Origin: Methanotrichaceae archaeon
GTDB lineage: Archaea; Halobacteriota; Methanosarcinia; Methanotrichales; Methanotrichaceae
Reading direction: 5' to 3'
NCBI GenBank assembly: GCA_963813075.1
Contig: CAWEXU010000007.1
Coordinates: 46,683 to 110,682, forward strand
DNA length: 64,000 nt
The notes under the pieces are model-generated. The model was not told the origin of the DNA and made no database searches. It saw only the letters and a list, made by a program, of their open reading frames with translations. This document shows, piece by piece, positions 1 to 11,887 of the stretch (position 1 is the first letter of the stretch; the number at the start of each line of letters is the position of its first letter). The position numbers and the translations under genes are program-made.

Positions 1-628
1 CTCAAATCATATAACAAATCCATTGAGATTGATCCTCAACTAGCAGATGCCTGGAACTCAAAGGGTCTGGTTCTTGGAAATTTGAGTCGCAACGATGAAG
101 CACTGAAGGCATTCGACAAAGCAATTGAGATTGATCCAGCACTCTGGGAGGCCTGGAACAATAAAGGTGTCACCCTCAATGAAATGGACAGATATGAAGA
201 GGCCATCGAGGCCTTTAATCAAGCTATAGAAATTGACTCAAACCAGATGGGACTATGGTACAACAAAGGCAACACATGTCTGAGCGGCGGGGAAATTGGA
301 AGAAGCACTCTGGTCTTACAATAAGGCCACAGAGATCAAACCCGAACATGCTGAGTCCTGGATAGGCAAAGGCGACAGTTCTTGGTTATATGGGAAGATA
401 TGAGGATGCCATAGAAGCATTGGAAAAAGCTATTCAGATCGATCCAGAGAATGGAAGGGCCTGGTACTTGAAAGGCTTGGTTCACGAACGAAGTTAATAG
501 CGATGCAGGAAGCTGAAGCTGCTTTTTCCAGGGCGGAAGAGCTGGGATACGTCGGAGAGGACAGTGAGGACGGAGATGACTATGTTCCGACCAAGTCTCT
601 TCTTGATTTGCTGAGAAGCCTGTTATGA
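1..628 (+). CDS. TPR-repeat protein, C-terminal part (starts before window; several frameshifts)
   Basis: Repeated TPR motifs (AW.NKG..L...YEEA..AF.KAIEIDP) in frame 1 from base 1; the pattern continues in shifted frames to TGA at 626-628. Confidence 0.8.
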
Positions 629-923
629 TGGCTAAATATGATAAGCCGGATAATAGGCAGGTGTAGCTTGCCAATGATCAATAGAAGGGAAGGGAGAATC
701 AGAGAGAAATATCCAGACGCACTTGAATGAACTCCCAGCCTTTCATCTATGCATCAGAGCAGCCACCAGTCATGATCCCCCCGGAATTTTTCATCTTGAA
801 TACGAGCGAGAATGATGCCTTTCCAGGAATACAGCCGAATGCCAGTCCATCAAAAGCGTTTCAACTAACAGCTATCCAGAAGATGTAAATATAGTGCATT
901 CTATCTTATTAATGGAGACATAG

Positions 924-1349
924 ATGACTGGTACTGATGCCATAAGGGCCACCGTGGATGAGCTTCTCCGGGTCCTCTCCGCCAGGAACATAATTGGCGA
1001 GCCTGTGGACCTGGAGGACAAGATCATCATACCCATCACCAAGATGGGGATGGGATTTGGCACCGGCCAGGGAATGGAACCCGGGGGCAAGGAAACCATT
1101 AAGGTCGAAGCAGGCGGCGGTGTGGGCATCATTCCAGTCGCTATTGTGGTGGTGTTCAAGGGGATTTCTGGTGAGGATGGAGTCAAGGTGATTCCTCTGT
1201 CCGGCCACAGCTCGGGCAACCAGCCCCTGGCCGAGCTTGCCAGTGTGGCCCAATCCATCCTGGAGAGATTCGCCGCCTCTCAGGAGAGAAAAGGAAAGGA
1301 GAGACAGGAGAAAAAGTCCTCTCGAGAGACAGCGGTGCACGTCGAATAG
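924..1349 (+). CDS. GerW/YtfJ-family protein
   Basis: IIGEPV..EDKIIIPITK.GMGFG.G...AGGGVGIIPVAIVVV signature. Confidence 0.85.
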   Translation: MTGTDAIRATVDELLRVLSARNIIGEPVDLEDKIIIPITKMGMGFGTGQGMEPGGKETIKVEAGGGVGIIPVAIVVVFKGISGEDGVKVIPLSGHSSGNQPLAELASVAQSILERFAASQERKGKERQEKKSSRETAVHVE

Positions 1350-1400
1350 ATTCGCTCGAACAGACGCCTGGCGAATAAACCTTGAGCTTGAGGCTTTCTG

Positions 1401-2327
1401 ATGCCATTGACCTCCAATATTCTGGCAGGGATACAGATCACTGATATTTTGACACTGGCAGCTTTCATACTTTTGCTTTTCATTGCCCTCCTGCTAATCG
1501 TTCTGATAGTCCCCCTTCGATTTTGCCTATTTTTATACAAGAATGGGCGGCTGGTTGAGGGAAAGCTAAGAGGGTCCTGGCTGGGAATATCCGCAGGCGG
1601 AGAGCTGATAAGCAAAGAGAGCGCAACTATTGGCAGGCTATGGATATCTTTCCTTAGCATCAGGATCATTAATCGAGAGATCTCCGCTCCATCAGCTCTC
1701 GATTTTATTGGATTGGTCACTAAAAGGGAACGGGGAAAGGAAAAGAAGGGCTATGCGGAGAGAAAGGAGGGTGCAGAGAGAAAGGAGGAAAAGGCAGAAG
1801 ACAGTTGGCGGGATCTGAGCCGGCATGACAAGAGCCGGCAAGACGAAAGCCGGCACGAACAGAATAGCATCAGCAGGGAAAGCACAAGCGGGGAATCAGA
1901 GGCTATCGATGATGAAGACGGCATCAGGACGCCCCGGCTCAGATCTATTCTGGCAGCCATGCCCGCGTTCATGAATTTCCTCCGCGACCTCACGGGATCG
2001 ATCAATTTCAAGACGATCCGCTGCCGTCTGGAGCTGGGGCTTGATGATCCTTCCGAGACGGCCATACTGGCGGGACGGCTCTGGGCCATAGCCGCTTTCC
2101 TCCGCTATCTTGGAGCGGACATCCTCATTAAGCCCTATTTCGAGGATGAAAGGCTGGAGGGAGAATTTCTGGCAGAGGCCGGAATGCGTCCGATCCATGT
2201 CCCAGTGGCATTCATCTCCGCCCTCAGCGAAAAAGGAGACGAGATCGCTGATAAAAGAAATAAGTTCTCAAAAGAGCACCATCTTCTCCTTGATGGCCCT
2301 TTGTGCGCTTTGTGTTCTTTGTGGTGA
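1401..2327 (+). CDS. DUF2953-like membrane-anchored protein (3' end probably frameshifted and overlapping a repeat)
   Basis: N-terminal TM helix; ELGLDDPSETAILAG motif; lies next to a ytfJ-like gene, the usual arrangement for this family. Confidence 0.65.
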   Translation: MPLTSNILAGIQITDILTLAAFILLLFIALLLIVLIVPLRFCLFLYKNGRLVEGKLRGSWLGISAGGELISKESATIGRLWISFLSIRIINREISAPSALDFIGLVTKRERGKEKKGYAERKEGAERKEEKAEDSWRDLSRHDKSRQDESRHEQNSISRESTSGESEAIDDEDGIRTPRLRSILAAMPAFMNFLRDLTGSINFKTIRCRLELGLDDPSETAILAGRLWAIAAFLRYLGADILIKPYFEDERLEGEFLAEAGMRPIHVPVAFISALSEKGDEIADKRNKFSKEHHLLLDGPLCALCSLW

Positions 2328-2366
2328 AATAATTAGCTATGCAATAAAATTAAGAACCTATTAACC
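2260..2366 (+). repeat. REP-like element with 9-nt periodic CTTTGTG arms
   Basis: CCCTTTGTGCGCTTTGTGTTCTTTGTGGTGAAATAATTAGCTATGCAATAAAATTAAGA recurs almost identically in inverted orientation within 37545-37655. Confidence 0.85.
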
Positions 2367-2379
2367 GGGGCAATGACTT

Positions 2380-2685
2380 TTGATGTCTGAAGCGATATTT
2401 GATGATGAATCGAAGAAAAGCAAATGGATCCCGAAAATACAGATGCATGTCCTGGCAGGAGCACAGATCAGGGCCGGAGAGAGGATAATTTATCCCATCA
2501 TCAAGGTCTTCGTCATCGCTGCAGAAGATCGTCTGCTGGGATTGAGAATCAGCCCGATTGCGCTGCTGATAGTTGAGCCTGGAATGCAGTATGCCTTCTC
2601 ACTGGAAGGAAAGAAAATGAATGTGGAGGAGATCTATAAGCTGGATGCCTCCCTGAAGGACATCGCAGCTGCATCGAGCCCTTGA
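2380..2685 (+). CDS. Small hypothetical protein, distant GerW/YtfJ-like
   Basis: GERIIYPIIKV...ISPIALLIVE echoes the motifs of 924..1349. Confidence 0.55.
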   Translation: MMSEAIFDDESKKSKWIPKIQMHVLAGAQIRAGERIIYPIIKVFVIAAEDRLLGLRISPIALLIVEPGMQYAFSLEGKKMNVEEIYKLDASLKDIAAASSP

Positions 2686-2818
2686 TTACGTGATAGTGAA
2701 CTGCTGCCTCCAGAGGGGTGCGACTTCTGACTACGACGAAACTTTTTTTGATTTGAGGCTCATCTGCTCGATTATATTTGATGCCGCTTGTTGATTGCTG
2801 CCCCTCAGATCGGGCTTT

Positions 2819-5351
2819 TCAGCGCATCCAGAGGATATGGGAATCCTCCATAGGAACAAATGCATCCGGATGATAGGGCACAATGCGAGGGGTATAGTCC
2901 TCAGCTTGCCTGTTCGCCGGCACATCGGCGCAGTAGACGAACCCATTGACTGAACCGGCAAGCTCTTCCCTCTGATCCATGATGATCCTGACCGGCTTTG
3001 CCTTTTCCCCCCGGCCTGACTGGGGCAGGGGATCAGCATAAAGCTCCACCTGAATATCATCTGGAGAGATATCGCCCAAATATGCCTCCACCTGGAAGCG
3101 CCACCGATCCTCCTCCAGGGTCACCTTCAGATTGCCGAAATGAATTCCTCTCCAGCAAAGGGCGATCCTCTCCTGCCAACCCACCAATTCCCTGGCCAGC
3201 TTTGCACCCTCTTTTGCCCTCTTTCTATAGGCATCAGCCGCCGGCTGGTAGACCTTCTCTACATACTCTTTCATCATCCGGTTGCTGCTATAGCGCGGGG
3301 TCAGCTCGGTCATGCTGGCCTTGACCTTAGCCACCCAGGATGATGGGACTCCCTGATCGTCCCGCTGGTAGAAGAGCGGAACTACCTCCTCCTCCAGCAG
3401 CCGGTAGAGCTCTCGGGCATCTTTATCATCCCTTTCCGGGCCAAAACCATCCGGGGACTCGCTCTCATCTCCCAGCAGCCAGCCCACCCTGGGGTCGTAG
3501 GCCTCATCCCACCATCCATCGAGGGTGGAGAGGTTCAGCCCGCCATTGGCCAGCACCTTCATGCCGCTTGTCCCGCAGGCCTCATTGGGGCGCAGTGGGG
3601 TGTTGATCCATAGATCCACCCCCGCCTGCAGGTGCTGGGCCAGATCGATATCGTAATCCTCGAGAAATATCACCCGATCCGATATGTCCGGCCGGTCGGC
3701 GAAGTTGGCCATCTGCTTTACCATCTCTTTTCCGGCGGTATCGGCAGGATGGGCCTTGGCGGCCATCAAGAGCTGTACCGGCATATCCTGATTGCTCAGG
3801 ATCCTGACCAGCCTCTCCTCGTCCCTTAAGAGGAGGTTGGTGCGCTTGTAGGCGGTGGCCCTCCTGGCAAATCCTATGGTGAGGGCATTGGGGTCCAGCA
3901 CGTGCTTTGCCGCCTCGATCTCCTCGGGCATGGCTCCATGCTCCTGCATCTGCCGGGCATGACGCCTGCGAGCATAATCGACGAGGTCTTTTCTGGCAAG
4001 CGCTCTGAAGTTCCAGATATCCTGGTCGTTCTGCCTGGCTATCTCTCCGATCTCATAGTCAACCCAGTCCGGACCGCAGCTTCCAGGGCAGGCTCTGCGA
4101 CCACAGCTTTTGGGCGGCAGGAGAATCCCAGGTGGGAATATGGACCCCATTGGTCACGTAATCGATAGGCACCTCATTCTTCGGCCAGCGAGGATAACGG
4201 GACTGAAAGATCCTCCTGCTCACCTGGCCATGAAGCCGGCTCACGCCGTTGACAAAGCAGCTACCACTAAGGGCGAGAAAGGCGATGTTAAAGGGACTGC
4301 TGTCATCCTTTTCGCTCTTCAGTCCCATGATGGCCAGAGCATTCGGCGGCAGGCCCCGAGCATTTGTATAATGCTTTGCATATTTTCTCAGGAGATCTCT
4401 GTCAAACCGATCGAAACCCGCCTCTACTGGGGTATGGGTGGTGAAGACATTTCCCGCCCGGGTGGCCCAGAGAGCCTCCAAGAATGAGCAGCCCTCCTCT
4501 TGCATGAAGCTATAGGCCCTGGCCAGGACCACAAATGCGGCATGGCCCTCGTTCATATGGCAGACCTCCGGCTTTATTCCCATCTTCTTCAGGGCCAGCC
4601 AGCCGCCGACCCCAAGGACGATCTCCTGGATGAGGCGCAGCTCCTGCCCGGGAGCATAAAGGCTGGCGGTGATCGCCCTATCCCAGGGGGAGTTTAAAGG
4701 ATCATTGGAGTCTAAGAGAAAGAGGCTCACCCGGCCGACCTGAGCCTTCCAGACCCTTAAATAAATGTGCCTCCCCGGAAGGCCGATCTTGATTCTGAGC
4801 CTGCCACCCTCCTCATCCCAGACCGGCTCTATGGGAAGGCTATTTGGATCGTTATAGGGAAAGGCCTCGATCTGAGATCCGTCCTGGGCCAGGAGCTGAC
4901 GGAAGTAGCCCTGCTGGTAGAGAAGGCCGATCCCTACCAGGGGAACTCCCAGGTCGCTGGCCGTCTTCAGGTGATCTCCGGCCAGGATGCCCAGGCCTCC
5001 AGAGTAGATAGGAAGGGCTTCAGAGAGGCCGAACTCCATGCTGAAGTAGGCGACGGAGCGCAGACTGTAGTGCTTCTCGCACCATCCAGGCTGGGCCAGA
5101 AACTGGGCGTTTTTATCCTGCCAATCTCTTATCTCCCTTCCCAGGACCTCGTCCTTCGCCAGCTCGTTCAGGCGGCTTTTTGAGATGTTTTGCAGGATTA
5201 GATAGGGATTTTTTGTCTTCTCCCAGGCCTCGGGATCCAGCAGCTCCCAGACCTTGTCCGTTGTCAGCCGGACAGTCCAGCGCAGATCAAGGGCCAGATC
5301 AGCCAGGCCCTCCAGCCCTGAGGGCAAATACAGGTCATTATGGCTATTCAT
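2819..5351 (-). CDS. glgP: Alpha-glucan (glycogen) phosphorylase, one frameshift near 4080
   Basis: YFSMEFG, YSGGLGILAGDH, HMNEGH, TNGVH, GFARRATAYKR and EACGTSGMK motifs split over ORFs 4059..5351 and 2819..4150. Confidence 0.93.
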
Positions 5352-5435
5352 TATTCCGCCTCGAGCAATATCCTTTCTACTCTCTATATTTTCTATCTTC
5401 TATTATCTTCTATCTTCTATAATCTTCTACCTCTC

Positions 5436-6539
5436 TTATCTTCTCTTGGTGACTATTGAGAGCACATCACAGTCCTGCAGCTCATGGTCCAGCCCAATGG
5501 ACTGGCCCGGGAACTTGGCGCTCTTTCCCCAGACCAGTGCATAGCGAAAGAGGTTAACGAAGTCCCGGTGCAGATGCTCGCATACCGATTTCACTGTGCT
5601 CCCATCCAGGAGCACCAGCGGCTCCTCCAGGTCTGCTTTGCCTCCCTTCGGCTTGAGGTAGATGCGGATGAACCCCAGGGTCTCGTATATATCATCCTTC
5701 AATTCCTCCAGGCCCTCGGTAGTGGCGCAGGATATGGGCAGATAGTCCCTGCCCAGGTCTTCTGCGATCTTGTCCTCGATGCCGCCATAGCGCAGGTCGA
5801 ACTTGTTTATGGCCACCAGAGATGGAATATAAACCCTGTTTCCCGCCAGGAAGTCAACCAGGCTGTCAGTGTCTATATCCTCCCGGACGGTGACATTGGC
5901 GTTCACTATTCCATAGGCGCGTATGATCTCTGCGATCTCAAACTCCGTCATCCGGGTCAGAGGAACTGTACTGCGCACGATGATGCCCCCCTTTCTCTCC
6001 TGGGTGATGTGAACGTTTGGCGGCTGCTTGTCCAGCCTTATGCCGGCTTCATACAGCTCCCGCTCCAGGACCTTTAGATTATAGTTGAAGACATCTCCTA
6101 ATAAGAGGATCATATCCGCTGCTCGGGCGGCGGTTATGACCTCCCTGCCCCTGCCCTTGCCCCGTGCCGCTCCCTTTATGATTCCTGGCATATCGAGAAT
6201 CTGAATCTCGGCCCCTTTGTGCTTCATCACTCCAGGGATGACCTCAAGAGTGGTGAACTGATAGGCAGCCACCTCAGACTTGGAGCCGGTCAGATAGTTG
6301 AGCAGGCTGGATTTGCCTACAGACGGAAAGCCCACCAGGGCCACAGTGGCGTCGCCGGATTTCTTGATGTAGTATCTTCTCCCTCCGCCGCCGCCTTTGA
6401 TCTTCTGAAGCTCCTGCTGGGCTCTGAGCTTGGCTATCTTGGCCTTGATCTTGCCCAGGTGATGCTCAGTGGCCTTGTTCTTCTGAGTATTGAAGATCTC
6501 CTCTTCCAGCGCTTTGATCTGCTCCTCAATGGTTGCCAT
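5436..6539 (-). CDS. DRG/OBG-family GTPase with TGS domain
   Basis: GFPSVGKS, YQFTT, DMPGII and NKFD motifs; C-terminal TGS domain. Confidence 0.93.
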   Translation of the reverse strand: MATIEEQIKALEEEIFNTQKNKATEHHLGKIKAKIAKLRAQQELQKIKGGGGGRRYYIKKSGDATVALVGFPSVGKSSLLNYLTGSKSEVAAYQFTTLEVIPGVMKHKGAEIQILDMPGIIKGAARGKGRGREVITAARAADMILLLGDVFNYNLKVLERELYEAGIRLDKQPPNVHITQERKGGIIVRSTVPLTRMTEFEIAEIIRAYGIVNANVTVREDIDTDSLVDFLAGNRVYIPSLVAINKFDLRYGGIEDKIAEDLGRDYLPISCATTEGLEELKDDIYETLGFIRIYLKPKGGKADLEEPLVLLDGSTVKSVCEHLHRDFVNLFRYALVWGKSAKFPGQSIGLDHELQDCDVLSIVTKRR

Positions 6540-6661
6540 TTAACGTCCTCTTAGTCGGCAGGGCGGCCAAAAAAGCCTTCCCTGCCATCAGATAGAAGTG
6601 TGATGCGCCACTTTCCCAAAAGCAATAGGGCTCCTCCTTTATAAGCTATGGTATGGGGTAA

Positions 6662-7380
6662 TCAAAAGAATTTTGAGGCTAATGAGTGCCTCATCTCGCA
6701 CATCTGCCGAGTATGGCAGGACTGGCAGGGAGATCCATCCGGCCGGTCGGGGAGCTGGCCGTCTTTGATCAGGCGGATCCTGTCGCGAATGCGCAGTACC
6801 CGGGCTTTGTCAGTGCTGTGGATCTGTGCCACCTCGCACCATCCCCAGGCCGGGATACTCCACCTGTCCCCATTCCACCTTTGTATTGCCCTTCTCCCCC
6901 AAAAGGAGGGAATAGCCGGCCAGGATAAGACGATCTCTCTTCCAGATGCCGTTCTCCGGCGGCCGGCCGGTGCGGATGATCGATGGCGTATTTCCTGGAG
7001 CCAGCCTGTCCAGCCTGCCGGAGAGGCCCAGCCTCTCTGAATAGAGCTCCACATCCGCCTCAAAGGGAATGAGCAGATCCATCTTCTCGCCAAGCCCTCT
7101 GGCCAATTGTCCGATCTGGTCATTTGCCTCCTGCAGGGCAGCCTGAAGCTCGCCCGGCTCCAGATCATAGATCAGGGGCAGCTCCACCTCCAGCCTTCCG
7201 AGAGCCTCTCTTGAGCTGGCCTTCCAGGTCGTCCTCCTGCAGCAATGAGAGGACGAGGCTGCGCATCAGGATCTGTTTTGCACTGCTGGATCTGGTCAGC
7301 TTTCCCAGGGAATCGAAATAGACAAGCCTGGGGCAGCGCAGATAAAGGCCGATGTCGGATATCCTGACGGCAGGGTACAT
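6662..7380 (-). CDS. Solo Cas4/Dna2-like Fe-S protein (two frameshifts)
   Basis: N-terminal ISDI..YLRCPR, central LSGRLD, C-terminal CQSC.....C; pieces in ORFs 7165..7380, 6810..7187 and 6662..7168. Confidence 0.75.
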
Positions 7381-7468
7381 CTGGCTGATATTCGCCCTCT
7401 ATCTTTAAAAATTTTTGGATATGACAAACTCATTTGGCTATTATGTCCTTTGGGTGATGCTCTCCATC

Positions 7469-8770
7469 CTATAGGGAGCGCGGCGGCCTGGCTCTGGATT
7501 GCAGCGATTGGGTCAGGTTCGCCAGCCTGGCAGAACTGCTCATTTCCTCCCTCAATCCCAACTTGACCAGCCAGACATCTTCCGCTCCGGATCCGTATGA
7601 TGCGGTTATCCCTGCCAGGATATAGTCTCCCTCCCGGTTCTGAATGACAAAGCTGCCGATATCGTCTTTCATCCCGCCGAGGACACTTCTCCACTCCTCC
7701 TGTCCGGCGGAGTTCGTCTTTATGATCAGGCCATCCCTTCCCGATTCATCTTTATCGATTCTTCCGCCGATGACAAAGCCGCCATCGATTGTCTGCTGCA
7801 AAGAGGTGCCTGAGCTTCCAAGATATGATCTCTCCCAGATCTTCCGGCCACGCAGGTCCACCCGGATGAGAATGATCCTCTCCTCTTCCAAACCGGACTC
7901 GGACCTGCCCACCAGGGCATAGCCGTCAGCAAGCTCCACCACCTGAAAGGCGGTGTCATCCCGATCTCCTCCGTAGGTGGCATTCCAGGTCATGATGCCC
8001 TGGCCATCGGTCTTCAATAGCCAGATATCGTCACCTCTCGTGCCCTGTGATGCCGTCCTGCCGGCGACGATAAATCCACCCTCCCGGCTCTGAATGACGG
8101 ATAATCCCACATCATCCTCTGTGCCGCCGTAGCTTCTCTCCCAGAGGAGGTCTCCAGTATCATCGGTGCGAATGAGCCAGAGGTCTTTTCTGCCGTTTCC
8201 TTTAGATTGAGTGTAGCCGGTGGCGATATATCCTCCATCATCGGCCTCATCCACTGACCAGCCACCGTCGCCTGAGGAGTGTACAAATCCGCCAAAGGTA
8301 TTATCCCAGATCAGGCTTCCATTCCCATCCATCTTCACCAGCCACAGCCTCTCCTCGCCCATGCCAAAGGAGTTTGTGCTCCCGGTGATGATGTAGCCGC
8401 CATTGCTCGTCTCCCGGACAAAATAGCCCACATCCTCGCCCGATCCACCCAGGATCCTGCTCCAGAGGGAGTTTCCGTCCAGATCGGTCCTTATCAGCCA
8501 CAGGTCGCTCTTCTCCCCTCTGGTTGCGGTATTGCCTACCAGGATGTAGCCGCCTTCACCGGTCTCCTGCACAGACCAGGCACCATCGCCATACTTTCCT
8601 CCATAGGTCCTGTTCCATTCCTCTTCTACTTCTCCGCCATAAAGAGATGCTGAGACCGGAGAGATATGATATAGAGAGATGAGGGTGAGGAGGAGAATGG
8701 AAGAAAGGATGAGAACGAATAAACAGGAGATATGCAGGAATGGGGGATTTAGGGGATAATGGATTTTATC
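7469..8770 (-). CDS. Secreted repeat protein, beta-propeller-like (start uncertain)
   Basis: About seven repeats of Q...GG.I..G.T....DLWLI.TD..G...W...GG; the frame extends upstream of 8572 into a hydrophobic signal-like stretch. Confidence 0.7.
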   Translation of the reverse strand, partial: DKIHYPLNPPFLHISCLFVLILSSILLLTLISLYHISPVSASLYGGEVEEEWNRTYGGKYGDGAWSVQETGEGGYILVGNTATRGEKSDLWLIRTDLDGNSLWSRILGGSGEDVGYFVRETSNGGYIITGSTNSFGMGEERLWLVKMDGNGSLIWDNTFGGFVHSSGDGGWSVDEADDGGYIATGYTQSKGNGRKDLWLIRTDDTGDLLWERSYGGTEDDVGLSVIQSREGGFIVAGRTASQGTRGDDIWLLKTDGQGIMTWNATYGGDRDDTAFQVVELADGYALVGRSESGLEEERIILIRVDLRGRKIWERSYLGSSGTSLQQTIDGGFVIGGRIDKDESGRDGLIIKTNSAGQEEWRSVLGGMKDDIGSFVIQNREGDYILAGITASYGSGAEDVWLVKLGLREEMSSSARLANLTQSLQSRARPPRSL

Positions 8771-8782
8771 ATTGATTCCTTC

Positions 8783-9447
8783 CTAGATCCCTCTATCCTG
8801 GAATTTCACTGACTTTTCCATAGAGAAGCTCCCGCTAAGAAATGTGCTGGAGTCAATGTCATTTTTGCCCATCTGATGCTGGGAGGAGGTGATTGCATAG
8901 TGGCCCAGGAACTTGGAATTGCTGCTGGATCCTATCCCTTGCTGTCCGGTTGAATCATCCAGGCCGGAGTTGATGGCTTCAAGGCAGGAGGATGTCTCGG
9001 CGGAAGCAATAGTGGCAGGTCCATTGGCTCGCTGATGAGTTGATGGATGTGTTAGTAGCGGAGGAGTTGATGGCTGATGTATTGGCTGCAGATAAATTGG
9101 CTGCGGATGAGTTAATGGAAGTGTTATCGTTGGACTGGCTAATGCCGGACAATCCCGGATCATATGGGTTTGATCTTTTCGAACTGGAGGGGATAGAACC
9201 GCTATAGCCTGCCTTTCCTCCACCGGCCGAACCGCTCTGGGAGAGCATATCATTCAAGGCCCCGTTAATCCTCTCCTCCAGCCTCTTCGTGTCTGCGCTC
9301 ATGATCGATAATCTGGAGTGTCTTATCTTCCGGAAGGCCGTTCTGGCCGGCTTCATTCTGGCAAACAGAAGACAATGCCGGAAAGATAAGTGCCATTATC
9401 AAGATGATCAAGACTGCAATCTCCGCTTTCATTATCCCCACCATCAC
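8783..9447 (-). CDS. Hypothetical secreted protein with Asn/Ser/Ala-rich repeats (frameshifted)
   Basis: Signal peptide in 9265..9447, NTSINSSA repeats in 8979..9356, C-terminus in 8783..9253. Confidence 0.55.
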
Positions 9448-9530
9448 TGCTACGAAATAAAGATGTGATCAATACAATTTCAACTTTTCTATGGATAGCA
9501 TTTATCTGTCCCTAGTGGAATCATGCCTCT

Positions 9531-11887
9531 GTGTACCTGGATTATTTCCCCTATGAGTCTCTCCGCCTCTACCAGGATAAGATGCTGGACGCAGTCTATG
9601 AAGTGGTGAGCGGAGGTAAGCAGGGGATTTTAATGATAGATGCTCCCACCGGCACAGGAAAGACCAGCTGCATCAGTGCTGCTCTGGCCGCAGCTCCGGG
9701 AAAGATCGTGGTGGCGGTGAGAACAGTCTCTCAAATCGATATCTACATCGATGAGATCAATCGCATATGGTCAAAAACCCGGCATAAGCCGGAGATCGCC
9801 TATATGGTGGGAAAGCAGAGGATCTGCCCTTTAGAGAGCGAGTTTCGGGGGGAGAGCGTCTATGCCGGCTGCTCCCGACTTCGAGAGTGGACCAAAAACT
9901 ACGTCTCCTCCAGGATCGCCAAGGGCAATGCCAGCATCTACGATCCTTATGCCGATGACATGCCCGAGGAGGAGCCTGGCTACAGGACCTTCTGTCCATA
10001 TTACCTGCGAAGCCGGGAGGGCTTCGAGATCAACGGGACCGTCCATTTCCGCCGCTCCGCCCGGGCCCTGGATGTGGTGGAAGACCTGAAAAAGAGAGTC
10101 ACCCCGCCCTCCAGACTAGAGGACTCCTGCCAGGGCATCTGCCCCTATGAGATCATGAGCCTGTATGCCAAGAACAGCGATATAGTGATCATGAACTACT
10201 CTCACCTCTTCAGCCCCGACTTCCAGGATATCATCTTTCAATGGCTGGAGATGGATTCCGAGAAGGTCACTCTGATCATAGACGAGGCTCATAACCTGGG
10301 AGATGCGGTGCGGGCGATGAACTCACGCCACCTCACCCTGCGGATGATAGATCTTGCCGGGACCGAGGTGGAGAAGTTCGAGGGCACCTTAGGGCAGGCC
10401 AGGCTGGATGAGACGAAAGAGGGTGCCTCCTGGAGGAGAGAGGGAATCAGGGTCATAAGGCTGCTCCTTCCCAGGCTGAAAAGGTTCCTCTCAGAGCCGG
10501 CTGGAGAGGATGCCGGAGGGGGAGGCTCTGATGGATGCCGACCTGTTTCGCGCCTTCCTCTATGATGGGATCGATGATATCGACGAAGCACTATCCTATT
10601 TCTCAGATGTGACCGTAGCGGTCGCCGATCTTAACCTGGCGGAAGGGGACAGGGAGAACCTGCAGGGAGATATTCAGCCCAATCTCGCCCTGGTGCTGCT
10701 ATTCCTCAGGGACGTGGAGACGGCGGAGACCGATATCGCTCTCCAGAGGAAGATCGTGGTCACCGGCTCGGGGAAAAGGAAGCTCGTCCGGCTGGAGGTC
10801 AATAACATCGACCCTGCGGCCAACATCCGGCGGATCACAGATAACATCAATGCCACCATCATGCTCTCCGGCACATTCTCTCCTCTTGAGGCTTATGAGC
10901 TGTACTGTCTGGGTGAGGATGGCAGAGCAAAGAAGCTGAGCCTGCCCAATCCCTTCCCCAAAGAGAACCGCCTCCTCCTGGCGGCAAAGAAGGCCACCAC
11001 CCAGCTGGAGCAGAGGGAGGATATGGACAACAGGGAGGAGATATCAGGGCACATAAGATCGCTGATCGAGTGCGTCCCGGGAAATGTGGCGGTATTTTTC
11101 ACCTCTTATCCCATGATGAACAACTACCGGGACGTCTGTCTCTCATCCTCCAGGAAGGTTGGAAAGAAGCTCTGCGTCGAGCCGCGCAGTGCAGACGAGG
11201 TTCCAGAGCTGTTGGACCTGTTCTTCTCTTTAGGTGCCAGAGGGGGGGCCGTCCTGACAGGAGTGTGCGGGGGCAAGCTGGCGGAGGGGATCGACTACAA
11301 AGGCGAAGCCCTGAAGGGAGTGGCGGTGGTCGGGCTGCCACTGGCCGCATATGATGAGATCCAAAAGGAGATCAACAGCTATTACACCATGAAATATGGC
11401 AAGACGAAGGGGATGCTCATCGCTTATACCCTGCCTGCGATAAACCGGGGGCTTCAGGCTGCAGGAAGGGTCATCCGGGCCGAATCGGAAAGAGGCGTCC
11501 TGCTGTTCTGCGACCGCCGGTTTGCAGATGACGATCTGGGGGGAGTCAATCAGTTCCTCCCCAACTGGGTGAGGGAGGAGTTGATTGTAGCGGATGCAAT
11601 AGAAGGACGGGAATTGATCAAAGAGAAGATCGCGAAGTGGAAGACAGAGGGTATTTCCGAATATGTGCCTGGCTGGCAATTCAAAGGATGTGGAGGGAAT
11701 GCAATTGCAGGAGAATAGCAGAAAGGGCAGTGAACTTTTCGGAGAGAGGAGGACGAAGCCCCGAAGGGGCAGCAAGAGGGATCTGAGAGAGCTGGCAAGA
11801 TCGTTAGGCCTCGGGCAGTCCAGCCCCAAAATCGATGCTACAGCCAATAGATCCGCCCCATCTGGCAGGAAGGATAGGGGAGTCTAG
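9531..11887 (+). CDS. xpd: XPD/Rad3/DinG-family Fe-S DNA helicase (frameshifts near 10490 and 11700)
   Basis: Q motif, DAPTGTGKT, Fe-S cysteines, DEAHN, MLSGTF, EGIDY and QAAGRVIR motifs. Confidence 0.85.

Noticed and set aside
6662..7380. Cas4-like gene as part of the CRISPR system at 61-64 kb
   Set aside because: About 54 kb away, embedded among housekeeping genes, with no cas1/cas2 and a degenerate active site.
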